64,000 nt of DNA, from NCBI RefSeq assembly GCF_947568905.1, contig NC_079168.1, positions 30,938,001-31,002,000 on the forward strand, read 5' to 3'. Within the stretch, counting starts at the first letter, position 1; each line of letters starts with the position of its first letter. Of this stretch, positions 35,501 to 46,098 are shown one piece after another. The notes beneath the pieces were generated by a model that saw only the letters and a list, made by a program, of their open reading frames with translations, was not told where the DNA came from and ran no database searches. Origin of the DNA: Ostrea edulis. Taxonomy: Eukaryota. A program made the position numbers and the translations under genes.

Positions 35501-37166
35501 GTTGCATGGCGAGGTCTGTGTGCCATTGAACAAAGCCAATCTCTCAGATACAATTTAATTGGAGGACTGGCAGTGAGGAGGAGGGCGTGTCGTGGAGTTC
35601 TACAATTTGTAGAGATTACAGTTAAGGGCTGTAAGGTTGTTGTACCAGGAAAGAACAGAGGCCAGAGAGCCAACTCCATGAAATTTTATGGGTGAACTAG
35701 TGATCCAGTTCAGGTGTATAGAACCACAAAACCACCAAGCCTTACTGTATAGAACCACAGAACCACCAAGCCTGGCTGTATAGACCCAGAGAACCACCAA
35801 GCCTGGCTGTATAGAACCACAGAATCATGCCTGGCTGTATAGACCCACAGAACCACCAAGCCTGGCTGTATAGACCCACAGAAACACCAAGCCTGGCTGT
35901 ATAGAACCACATAACCACCAAGCCTGGCTGTATAGACCCACAGAACCACCAAGCCTGGCTGTATAGAACCACAGAATCATGTCTGGCTGTATAGATCCAC
36001 AGAACCACCAAGCCTGGCTGTATAGAACCACAGAACCACCAAGCCTGGCTGTATAGAACCACAGAATCATGCCTGTCTGTATAGACCCACAGAACCACCA
36101 AGCCTGGCTGTATAGACCCACAGAAACACCAAACCTGGCTGTTTAGAACCACATAACCACCAAGCCTGGCTGTATAGACCCACAGAACCACCAAGCCTGA
36201 CTGTATAGAACCACAGAATCATGCCTGGCTGTATAGACCCACAGAACCACTAAGCCTGGCTGTATAGACCCACAGAACCACCAAGCCTGGCTGTATAGAA
36301 CCACAGAACCACCAAGCCTGGCTGTATAGAACCACAGAATCATGCCTGGCTGTATAGAACCACATAACCACCAAGCGTGGCCGTATAGACCCACAAAACT
36401 ACCAAGCCTGACTGTATAGAACCACATAACCACCAAGCCTGACTGTATGGACCCACAGAACCACCAAGCCTGGCTGCATAGACCCACAAAACTACCAAGC
36501 TTGGCTATATAGGCCCAAAAAGTGTGTTTTTACAACAAAAAAATTAAATTCACCCCCTTCTAACTTCCAAATAATGCCGTATACTACGAAAATTAACCGA
36601 AAAAGTAATGGTTGGTTGCAGATTTATGATATATTATCAAGACGAAATTTTACCTACTCCCAACCACAATATTCATGGCAGGGGCGGATCCAGGATTTTT
36701 TTTAAAAGGGAGGGAGTGTTCTACCATTAATTTTGGTTTTCAGGTGTATATTTCACCCTCAAAATGCATTATTTTTAACTCTTTTTGAAAGCAAATTTTT
36801 TGACGAAAAAAAGGGGGGATCCAACCCCCCACAACCCCCCTCCGCTCTGGATCCGCCACTGATTAACTCCCCCTTTTCTACGACGACTCATATTGTCTCC
36901 CTTCCTTAACCTTATTCTTAGATTTGCCTGTGAGTTGTGTGGACAGAGACGATAGTCTAGCTAGCCTGAAGGACCACATCCAAACAAAATCAGCTGGGGA
37001 CGAGGACCTTCCCGTTTACGTCGTGTGCAGACGAGGAAATGATTCACAGGTTGCTGTCCAGAAACTTAAAAACCATTTAAAATCTTACTCCATTCAGTTA
37101 AAAGACATTACTGGTGGACTTTATGCTTGGGCAAAACATATAGACACAAACTTTCCAGTGTATTGA
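14486..37166 (+). CDS. MOCS3: Adenylyltransferase and sulfurtransferase MOCS3 (UBA4), 12 exons, 1335 nt, 444 aa
   Basis: Exons 14486-14563, 15227-15347, 16677-16769, 19519-19639, 20699-20773, 21347-21464, 25710-25818, 26949-27011, 29095-29258, 29910-29957, 34437-34536, 36922-37166; all phases join. Motifs [46 protein letters not shown] and rhodanese CRRGND; ends FPVY*. Confidence 0.96.
15227..15347 (+). CDS. MOCS3: MOCS3 exon 2
   Basis: ttttatAG|[40 protein letters not shown](G)|GTACGT. Confidence 0.9.
16043..16285 (-). mobile_element. SINE-like interspersed repeat with (ATCA)n-type tail
   Basis: ttgattgattg tail followed by a GC-richer body (catcaccattgctggtgaagggct...atcgtgccacacctgctgtgacatgg...). 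Recognised as a common bivalve repeat from recall. Confidence 0.55.
16677..16769 (+). CDS. MOCS3: MOCS3 exon 3 (ATP-binding glycine loop)
   Basis: [31 protein letters not shown](G). Confidence 0.95.
17520..18952. repeat. 23/25-bp minisatellite, about 60 copies, MOCS3 intron 3
   Basis: (gttagttaacagttcatctgtat)n with +tt variants. Confidence 0.97.
19519..19639 (+). CDS. MOCS3: MOCS3 exon 4
   Basis: [40 protein letters not shown](Q)|GTAAGT. Confidence 0.95.
19851..20080. mobile_element. 230-bp Tc1/mariner-type MITE
   Basis: TIRs ccgtacaagcagaatttttagcgag / ctcgctaaaaattgcacttgtacgg, flanked by TA on both sides. Confidence 0.75.
20699..20773 (+). CDS. MOCS3: MOCS3 exon 5 (followed by U12 intron)
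   Basis: [24 protein letters not shown](L)|GTATCCTT. Confidence 0.92.
20774..21346 (+). other. U12-type (GT-AG) intron 5 of MOCS3
   Basis: 5'SS GTATCCTT; branch TCCTTGAC at 21330-21337, about 10 nt before the AG; no polypyrimidine tract. Confidence 0.88.
21347..21464 (+). CDS. MOCS3: MOCS3 exon 6
   Basis: [39 protein letters not shown]; preceded by the TCCTTGAC branch motif. Confidence 0.95.
21605..21790. repeat. 37-bp tandem repeat, 5 copies
   Basis: ctccagaatt...tttgtaatgg core at 21613, 21655, 21692, 21729 and 21766. Confidence 0.9.
22630..23868. repeat. 46-bp minisatellite, about 27 copies, MOCS3 intron 6
   Basis: (ttataagtataagagagtgagataggacttgttttttactgcgtgt)n. Confidence 0.97.
23910..24205. 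repeat. About 32-bp tandem repeat, about 9 copies
   Basis: (ttttaaaactttacagccaatagtattctatg)n. Confidence 0.9.
25710..25818 (+). CDS. MOCS3: MOCS3 exon 7
   Basis: [36 protein letters not shown]|GTAAGT. Confidence 0.95.
26949..27011 (+). CDS. MOCS3: MOCS3 exon 8 (followed by U12 intron)
   Basis: [21 protein letters not shown]|GTATCCTTT. Confidence 0.93.
27012..29094 (+). other. U12-type (GT-AG) intron 8 of MOCS3
   Basis: 5'SS GTATCCTTT; branch TTCTTAAC at 29079-29086, about 9 nt before the end of the AG. Confidence 0.85.
29095..29258 (+). CDS. MOCS3: MOCS3 exon 9
   Basis: [55 protein letters not shown]; preceded by TTCTTAAC. Confidence 0.93.
29910..29957 (+). CDS. MOCS3: MOCS3 exon 10
   Basis: ttttAG|[16 protein letters not shown]|GT. 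Confidence 0.9.
31176..33925. repeat. 57/71-bp satellite, about 45 units, MOCS3 intron 10; MITE-terminus derived
   Basis: Units tatacagtaaaacacagttatagcaaactcccagagccagcgaaaaacagtctgtat (57 bp) and a 71-bp variant ending gttataaccaaacttcat. Confidence 0.95.
34437..34536 (+). CDS. MOCS3: MOCS3 exon 11 (followed by U12 intron)
   Basis: [33 protein letters not shown]|GTATCCTT. Confidence 0.93.
34932..35040. mobile_element. 109-bp hairpin element with 9-bp TSD (MULE-like MITE)
   Basis: About 50-bp arms with a 7-nt loop; TSD CTTGGCCAT/CTTAGCCAT. Same TIR family as 48696-48774. Confidence 0.82.
35715..36500. repeat. 31/28-bp minisatellite, about 25 copies, MOCS3 intron 11
   Basis: (ctgtatagaaccacagaaccaccaagcctgg)n. 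Confidence 0.95.
36922..37166 (+). CDS. MOCS3: MOCS3 exon 12 (rhodanese domain end)
   Basis: [11 protein letters not shown]...[15 protein letters not shown]...[20 protein letters not shown]; preceded by TTCCTTAAC. Confidence 0.95.
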
Positions 37167-37835
37167 TTAAAGTGAGAAAAACAAAAACTAAAAACACCAA
37201 CGCAATTGGCTCAAGCTTCCATCTTTATTTCATAAATCTTTGCCAAACAGAATATACTGGGGTGCAGTGTTGCTCGGGTGAACAGTTTTTTCCTGGCATC
37301 ACAGATGATCATAATGCATGATAGAAATGCCTTTTTAAAAGTGCAGGTCGATACATATATCACAAAGTACCAGAGTAGGATACACACTGTCACAGTACCA
37401 TACAGGTGGAGGATTTCTAGGTCATCAGGCATCAAAGGGAAAAAAACCTGCAGTGAAAAAAAAGCATTTAATTTTCAGTGTGATATCGCAAAAGACAGAT
37501 AAACTGATAATTTATTTCTATCTTATGTAATTGATTAGTACTAAGTACGTATGTTATAACAGTCCTAATTTACTACCGTCAGTTGCGTCATTTTCAATCC
37601 TCATTACAACATAGAAAGACTAGACTTCACGATGTACAAAGAAAGCATGACATCACTAACATGACGTAATACCACTGACGTTGTACAAAGACAGCATGAA
37701 ATCACTAACATGACGTAATAACCACTGACGTAACATTGTATTTCCATTTATAGATTAATAGTCATGGAATAAATTTTTTTTTACCACATTGAACAAATCA
37801 CGACAAATAAACAAAGGTTAAAAATACAACGAATG

Positions 37836-39408
37836 TTAGTAATCACCATGTGGATCTAAGAAAGGATAATACCCGCTGCTGCCCCAAGAATTTCCAAATG
37901 ATCCGCCTCTGAACATATTTTTTCTTTGGTTGGCTTGCTGCTTTTCAATAATGTCACCGGCATCGCCAGCTTCTGACCCTCCGAATCCTCCTCCAAAACC
38001 CCCGAAACCCCCCAAACTCCTCAGAAACCAGCTATTCAGTCCGCTGTTATAATTTCCAAATCCGGAGTTGCCTGATTTTAACAAAGTAAGCATTGTATTA
38101 GCATTGTCGTATTGATTCAACATGTTCAACATTTAGTTCCTGAAATGAATTACGCGTACAGAAAACATTTATAGGATTATGTAATAAATATGAAAAAAAT
38201 TCTATGTGCAAATTGACGACCTTATTTCACATCTAGTAAATGGATGGTGGTTTTTTGTACGTATGTAATCATGGTATTATTTTGAAGGGTTTGTCATATA
38301 AAAATAATCCACCGGAGCAAATTTCAAAATTTTGTTTACTGATTGATTTATTTCATCTAGAATTCATTATTGGAGTCAATGGGAAGATCATGTTTTAACA
38401 AAATAATTTTGAAAGAAATGATATTTTCATACAAATCTCTCGGTAGAAAGTTGCATACACTTTCTCTTTATAAAGATATGAAATAAAATCAATCATTTAC
38501 GACACACATTTTAGAACATTAGATTTTTCTTATTTTTACAAAGGGCAGATAACTCTTCAAGAAACTTTCAAGTGCAAAAAGGCCAGCTTCTAATCGTTGA
38601 TCAGTCTTGTGAATTTCATTTACTTCACTTTCATCATTATAATTTAACAATAAACATTTATGTTGATTTAAATCCATCAAAAATGTACATTATCCTTTCG
38701 TTATACATGGAAATATCGGCATAATTATAGGAAAGAAATCACCGTAAAATACTTGCGCGATTTATTATGGAAATTTGTGAAATATTTTATACAGGCTTTT
38801 TCTACAGCTATATAACGCATATCTGTGCGATTAATACTAAGTCTTTTTTTTTTTTGCCTGATCAAAAGCCTGAAGCTTAATATTAACCTGTTCTAGAAGA
38901 GTAGAATTCAATCTAGAGATTCCCCGAAACATGAGTATATTGAGACCCCTAAAACCAACCTATATTTCTCATAAAATTCATATTAGACCTATATATAGTG
39001 TGTATTTATGATTCAAATTCTTTATTGGCGCCACACATCAATAAGTAATGGTCATTGCCCATATTTATAATGCATTGTGAAAAAGCTATATATAAATTTT
39101 AATTTTATCTGGATAATTTACGTATCCACTCACCTCAAGTGCAAAAGTGTTGGATTTACAAGTAAATCTCCAAAAATGACAAAAGACACGAATAAATGAA
39201 AAGTTGTGTTCAATGGCATTAGATAGAATTTGTCGATATCTTGGGTGAGGCCGTCAAATATTCTGCGGAATCATAGTACAGACGTTGTTTTTCGCCCATA
39301 TGGAACAGGGCTACATACCGACTTGGAGAACTTACCTCCGAATTGAAGAAAAGCCGTGGAGCAGTTGGCGAACATCAACAGTACAACTAGGAAAGCGAAC
39401 CTGGTCAT
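37836..39408 (-). CDS. Small secreted glycine-rich protein, 2 coding exons (39336-39408 and 37836-38071), 102 aa
   Basis: Exon 1: MTRFAFLVVLLMFANCSTAFLQFG-G|GTAAGT (signal peptide, phase 1). Acceptor aaaatcAG at 38072, then GNSGFGNYNSGLNSWFLRSLGGFGGFGGGFGGSEAGDAGDIIEKQQANQRKNMFRGGSFGNSWGSSGYYPFLDPHGDY*. Confidence 0.75.
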
Positions 39409-39529
39409 CTTGATTATCGTTTGCTAGTGCTTCCCAGATCTTACTGCAGGAAATGTAAAAAAAAAAATTAAAAATAAATAAATAAATATTTTATGGTTTA
39501 TATGATTTAGGCGCAAGATGGCTATATCT

Positions 39530-39531
<2 letters not shown>

Positions 39532-39578
<47 letters not shown>
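39532..39578. repeat. (CT)n microsatellite
   Basis: Direct dinucleotide run. Confidence 0.97.
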
Positions 39579-39581
<3 letters not shown>

Positions 39582-42303
39582 TGCATGCTGCTTATCCAGA
39601 GAACGGGGACGGTCAGCGGACTAATTAGGGGAGCCGATTCTCCAATTAGCCACAGTGTTCCTAGGTTAATAGTGAAGGACGTCCATACTTGGCAACAATT
39701 AATTGCAAATGCATGAAGTAGCATTCATGATTTATTAACGAAACGTTCCTTTAAAGGAGAAGTGTCATACACTTATAGATATTAGTTGTCCAACGTGCAA
39801 CTCTTGTCAACTAAGCCTCATTTAGAGCAGTGTGGTACTAGAGGAAATCAAATGATTAGCAGATCTGTGATGAGTGGAACGGGAGATACTTAACGACTGT
39901 TAGCTGTTTAGAATAAATTCAATTTGCCCTCATATATATCTTAAATCCATCACTTATCTCCTCCAAACTCAAATGGTCATTTGCCATTCGTTAGACCGTT
40001 GGTATAAGTTTTATAAAGATCCGCTGAATACTTTTCTGTAAAGTCTGCTAACTGTAACAAACAGAAGTTTTCCGAGTTTTTCGCTGGATCCACTCCACTG
40101 TTAAAATTTGATACTGAGAAAAATCTTAAATCCCCCAAAACCTCCATGGTAGTTTCTGCTATCAGACAAATAACACACCCATAGAAATACATATTCCTTT
40201 GGAGAATATCACTATTTAGGTTTACTAATTGGGGGAATTTGGAGCAGATTTAGCCCCCCCCCCCCCTCCTGTGTTTTGTTTGATATGAAAAAGACCTCGG
40301 GATGTTTAAGTTTTATAGTTAGTTCACAAGTCAAGCGATCACAAACTTCTACTCCAGAAAGGTCGCAGGCGTACATTCCCCCCCCCCCCCTTTTTATTGA
40401 ATTTAAAACTTTGATTTATACTACATGTTTAAATATATGGGTTGTTTCCAAGTTAGGTATAAAAATTGTGCAAAATATGCTACCCGGTATCCAAAAGAAT
40501 TTTTTTTAATCGGTTATATATATTTTTTCAAGTTGCAAGTGACAAGCTTTAAAAGAAAGAAAATAAATTCACATCGATTTTCTAAAGGAAAAGGATCAGA
40601 AAAAATGGAACTGTTCTTACCTGCGGTCACTAGGATAATGCTACAATCTGTAAAAACGAAATAGAATAAATAAATAGGGACAACCCATAGTGTTCCGAAG
40701 ACTCGGTAAACATTCAGAGAGCCATTAGAAAGTTGACACAAAGGTCACAATTGGCTAACCACAGAACGCATTTTACTCGCAAGACAGATGACCGAAAGTA
40801 TGATAGTTTTTTGTGTGCAATTAGTGTATACATTTTATTATATTATTAACGTGATCACTGCATATATGAACAAACTCATGACATGCGGAAATACAGAACA
40901 AACAACTTGCATTGTCCAAAAATACTTAGATGTAAATAACTACATATTGGCCAAGTCAGCGATGTGGTTTCCATAGCATTTTATTGTATACACATTACCG
41001 TGTTTTTAATTTAGTAACCATATCTACGAGTATTCCTTATTACGAAGAGAATTCGAGATAACAGATCACCTTGTGGCATGTCAATACAATGTTATGTGTA
41101 TGGTTTTCAGATATGTTCTAAGACTACAATATTGCAGTTGAATAAAAAATAATATTAATCAGTAATATTCCCAAGAAAACCTGCGTTATAAAAATAATAC
41201 ATGTATGTATTGTAGTAGTCTGGAACAAATGTCAAATTCACGCATTCATTCATAATAGATTCCTTGATTGTTCCGTAATGACTGGACATTTAATCCTATA
41301 TAATGTGTTCTAAAGATTTTTATGGAAGCTTAATTGTTTGAAGAAAGATTTGACATAAAAATAATGCCGATGAGATTTGTTTCCAAATTGAAGTCTCATA
41401 AAAGACAATGTGCCGATGAGCTTTCTCCCTAGAATGTTTGGTCGTATTTTTGGCCGGGTTGCACGAAGTGCAAATCCGGTCTATAGTATGGTGAAGTGCG
41501 GGCGGGCGGGCGGTTGGGGAAATTTTGTGAAATCAACTCCTCCTACAGTTTTTTATGTACAACCTTGAAACTTTGCAGAAAGTAAGTATATATATTGAAG
41601 TTATGCACTAGGTTTTTTGAAGTCTGACCTTTGTCGAATATGGGCGCTACAGCAAAAAGTTGTTACTAAAAATAGAGTTCAACTTGAAAAAGGTAAGTGA
41701 GATTATCTTTTGTGGTTAAATTTAGTTGCACTACCTCTGAGGAAAAATTCAATTATATATGAATGTCAAATTTTCTGGGCATGGGTTGTAAATTTGCAAT
41801 ATAAATAGAGAAATTCTGTTTTTTTATCATATAATCATATACAATTCAAGCACCTGAAGTTATTGTTCATTTTAGTCATTATTACTTAATATTACATATA
41901 TCATGTTTTTTTATTAATCAATAAAAGGCCTGCGGCAATATGTGATGGTTTTTTGTTGTTTTTTTTTTGTTTTTTGTTTTTTTGTTTTTTTTTATATATA
42001 TATCGGCATTTTTACAAGACAAAAATCCGTACCTGTATCCGGAAACAATCGTGTCCACTCACGTTACCGATACGGAACTAACATTTTTTCCACTCGTCAA
42101 AACTCGTTTTGATAATTTACTTTACAATTCTGCCTCCTTCAACACTAAGGCCATAACAAATCATAACAGTCCTCCAGATAACTACCACCAATAAATCCCT
42201 ACCCAAATTATTTACTCTAACTATTGCAACCCGGCCAATTGAGTCTTTGACCCATTTTTTTTATGTTTGAATTGCTTTTGAAAAAACCGTAGCTGCAGAA
42301 CTG

Positions 42304-42434
42304 CATCGTCGCAAACCACGGATTATTGTTTCATTCTATTTCACAAACCCACGGGTTATTGTTTCATTCTATTTCACAAACCCCACGGGGTTTGTGAAAT
42401 AGAATGAAACAATAACCCGTGGTTTGCGACGATG
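42304..42434. mobile_element. 131-bp hairpin MITE with 8-bp TSD (hAT-like)
   Basis: TIR catcgtcgcaaaccacgg; TSD CAGAACTG at 42296-42303 and 42435-42442; internal duplication of one arm. Confidence 0.85.
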
Positions 42435-43303
42435 CAGAACTGTAACTCTTTAAGAATGATTTGTTTATTACAAGTCTTTCACCAGACGGCTGGTGTCCCA
42501 CAGTTATAGGAAAAACGCCGATGGAAACTAGACATAGACAATGATCTGTTTGAGATTATGAGGTGAAAGACATAGTAATATACATGTAGACACTAAGTGT
42601 TTTATGGTGATAGAGACACTAAATGACCCGTGTAGCATGTACACTGTACATATATGAGGTGAAAGACACGTTTTATGGTGATTTGCAGTTTGGTTGGTGA
42701 CGGAGGAGTTGCTGTTCTTCTGGCTAATCGACACATCTTTATTTCCTGATCAAATTTCAGTCTTTCAAGCTGCATTTCTTACAGCATGGGCTCAAGTATA
42801 TGGAGTTTAGCATGGGAATTTTCTGATTTTTACGCACTTTTGGAATTCTTGGTATGATCATATCAGACCTTCCTTGCAAAGAGCAAACTGGCTTTTTAAG
42901 AAATTCAGTAAAATAGCTTGTGAGAAATGCAATAAAAAAGCTTTGTAAGAAATATATAACAAATTAGCTTTGCAGGGTAGAAAAGGAAATGGTTTTGTAA
43001 GAAATACGATATGATACTAAATGTCTTTGAAAAGTCACAAAGTAGTGTCAAGAAAATGTATAACTGAACTAATTTGGACTTTCATGGAAAATTTTCCTGG
43101 ATAATTTCATTCAAATCAATGACGCACGAATATAATTCTAGACAGATGTCGAAAGTTGCGAATGTTAATTTTTTCTCCACGCATTTCTTATTCGATATCA
43201 TGAGCTTTGATCTTCAAAAAATCTCCCGAGAATAATCAATGAGCAAATCTTAGCACTTGGATCTTAACATTTAGCATAGTTTCCTTTTCTTATCAGAAAT
43301 AAT

Positions 43304-43391
43304 CGGATGTGACCGGTCGACAAGGGATGCTTACTCCTCCTAGACACCCGATACCACCTCTGGTATATCCAGGGGCTCGTGTTTGCCCAAC
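43304..43391 (+). mobile_element. Short 3' fragment of the Penelope/Naiad-like element
   Basis: gtgaccggtcgacaagggatgcttactcctcctagacacccgataccacctctggtatatccagggg, homologous to 2790-2870. Confidence 0.7.
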
Positions 43392-44477
43392 ATTCAGCAT
43401 ATGAATGAAAGTGAACAATGTTTATAGATAAATATAAATGTTGAGTTTAAGGCCACGGCAAGATATTATTTTTAAAAATATATTCTGCCCAACAAGAATG
43501 TAAAAACAGAACAGACCACTTTCCTCTCGATTATTCATTTCGTAAATCGTAAACAAAAAATAAACAGGAAATATATTGGTGTCATTTGATGAGGAAGTAG
43601 ATCACGTCCGCCTGGTTTCCATAATCATATTATAGTTGCATTATCTATTTTTATTATGGCTTTGTTCAAAGCGACTGTGTGCTGAGCTTAAATTTTAGGA
43701 ACGCAGAAAAGTAAGAATATTAGAAAGGGTCACTTGGAAAAAAATATATCGGCCCTCAAAGAAGTTTATTGTTTAAAAGAAAATAAATTTTGAACCTGTT
43801 TTTTGTTTGTTTGACATTTGGTCCTGTGGAATTTTTTGTTTTAAACAATTCATGTTATCGCAGATGTAGTTAGGTAGTAGATGTTCTGTTTGCGGTGTTT
43901 ACTTGTATCTTGTACATGAATGAATGATATGAATTTAAGAAACTTGATTGTACTAAAAATAATGAGACCAAAGGACAACAAATATTCAAGAGAATTAGAA
44001 AAAAAAAATCTGTAGAGAATGTGTACCAGGTAACTGTTAAAAGTCACCAGGGATTTAATATTTTTCTGTAGGAAGCGGATGTAGACAATGCGTAGTCAAT
44101 TCACTTGCAATTGTTTGTATTGCTCATAAAGAAGTACTAGAAGAGTGGATTGTTCCAAGGTGATTTGTTGTACAGACATGTCATAGTTTCATGTAATCAT
44201 TCATATCTTCATCCGCATAATTTGTTTGATCATTTTCATCTCTGATCAAGATCAATTAACAAATATCGAATATTTACACGGGTGATATGATTGAAGGTTT
44301 TGAAGACAATGCTCCTTTCCTTTCTCTTGCTTCTACCTTAAATTTCTGGTTTGCAACTCAATTAAAAGGATCAGGTCAGCTGCTATATTTACCGTGAATT
44401 TAAAATTCTAAGTATTTGATTCTCCGTCATTTGACAGTAAGCTTTAATGCTAATCTAAACAATGACAGTATGTGGAT

Positions 44478-44880
44478 ATCCAAACTTAGATTTAGAATTG
44501 CTTCCTGGGTTTTTTTTCTGGATTTCCAAACTTAGATTTAGAATTGCTTCCTGGTTTGTTTTTTTTTTTGGATTTCCAAACTTAGATTTAGAATTGCTTC
44601 CTGAGATTTTTTTCTGGATTTTCAAACTTAGATTTAGAATTGCTTCCTGGTTTTTTTTTTTTTTGGATTTCCAAACTTAGATTTAGAATTGCTTCCTGAG
44701 ATTTTTTTCTGGATTTTCAAACTTAGATTTAGAATTGCTTCCTGGTTTTTTCTGGATTTCCAAACTTAGATTTAGAATTGCTTCCTGGTTTTTTTCTGGA
44801 TTTCCAAACTTAGATTTAGAATTGTTTCCTGGGGTTTTTTCTGGATCTCCAAACTTAGATTTAGAATTGCTTCCTGGTTT
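44478..44880. repeat. About 42-50-bp tandem repeat, about 9 copies
   Basis: (ggatttccaaacttagatttagaattgcttcctgg tn)n. Confidence 0.92.
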
Positions 44881-45269
44881 TTCCTTCCGCGTCTAATTCT
44901 GCCCTGTAGCTTTCTTGATTGATTGTTTGGGGGTTAAAGCCGTATTGGCAATATAATAACCATTTACGGAGGTTAACTAAATAAAATATGGTCGGTTTTG
45001 AAGAGATTTGGAGCAACATAGTTATTAAACATAGTTATTAAACAGAATAGATATACAGTATATATTGCATTGATATCTTTGTGACATTCATCGTTTCTTT
45101 ACCTCGTTTCAGTACTTTGATTCTATATAATTCCTAGTAATATCAAATACGATAGCTGCAGAACTGTAGCTATCTGAAAAAATATTGTTCCGTCACAACA
45201 TTGTTCAGAGAGCTACAGGTCTGCAGCTACAATTAATAATACACTTTCAATTGAATAGCAATCTTTACC

Positions 45270-45800
45270 AGAGGCATAAAGTGACATCATTAGCAAATTA
45301 GATTCTTGAATGCATGATTGAAAATCAGTAATGTAAAATAAAAACAGGAAAGGGCCAAGTATAGATCCCCGTGGAACTCCAGCTGTGACTGGCTGATAAG
45401 ATGATTGATACCTGTCTCATAAATAGTATTGAAACCATTGTAAGGCTGTAGCATCAGAATTGTAACACTGAAGTTTTAGAAGAAGAATATCATGATTTAC
45501 AAGGTCAATCGCCTTACTAATTCGAGAAAGCCCGTCCCAATAAGTTTCTCTTTGTCCGTTTCATGTAACCTTTCACCTGTATATTTAGTGAGAGCTGTTT
45601 GACGACAGTATAATTGTCTGAAGCTTGGGATGGATCTACAAGATCAAAGTCTGCAAAAGAGACCGTATGTATATCGCTACAGGTGTTTGTAACATTTTTG
45701 ATAATGTTGGTAACATAGATGAAAATATGGGTCTATAGTTAATGGGATATAATCTACCCCCCCTTTTGAAGACCGGAGTAACTTTCGCAAGTTCAGGGAG
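45270..45800 (-). pseudogene. Decayed non-LTR retrotransposon RT fragment
   Basis: PVFKRG...NYRPI...LSKM and GVPRGSILGPFLFLFYI...FAND (degenerate FADD). Confidence 0.75.
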
Positions 45801-46098
45801 AATGTCAGGTACTATATTAGTATTTATGGCACGGATCACAGGCTTGTGTATTGGTTGTGCAGTAAGTTTCAACAGAACATCACAACTCTTTATATTTAAG
45901 GTCTTCATTTTTAATAACAAGCAAACAAATAACAAGGACTCCGATTTGTGGGCTGGTGTCGTGGAATCGGAACACAAATGGGCGGTCTAATAACCGTAAC
46001 CTGCAAATAATACTAATCTTAGCAAAATTGAAGTGTAACATGACAATTTATCAAGAAATATCACTAGTGATCATCATAGTCAGGATTTTATATGATAT

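Larger units (their letters stand above)
34537..36921 (+). other. U12-type (GT-AG) intron 11 of MOCS3
   Basis: 5'SS GTATCCTT; consensus branch TTCCTTAAC at 36902-36910, about 12 nt before the end of the AG. Confidence 0.92.

Noticed and set aside
35600-36487. Overlapping Trp/Tyr-rich ORFs
   Set aside because: Translation of the 31-bp minisatellite.
38072-38139. MLNMLNQ... N-terminus and acceptor at 38139
   Set aside because: That acceptor gives stops in all three frames; the acceptor at 38072 joins the signal-peptide exon in phase.
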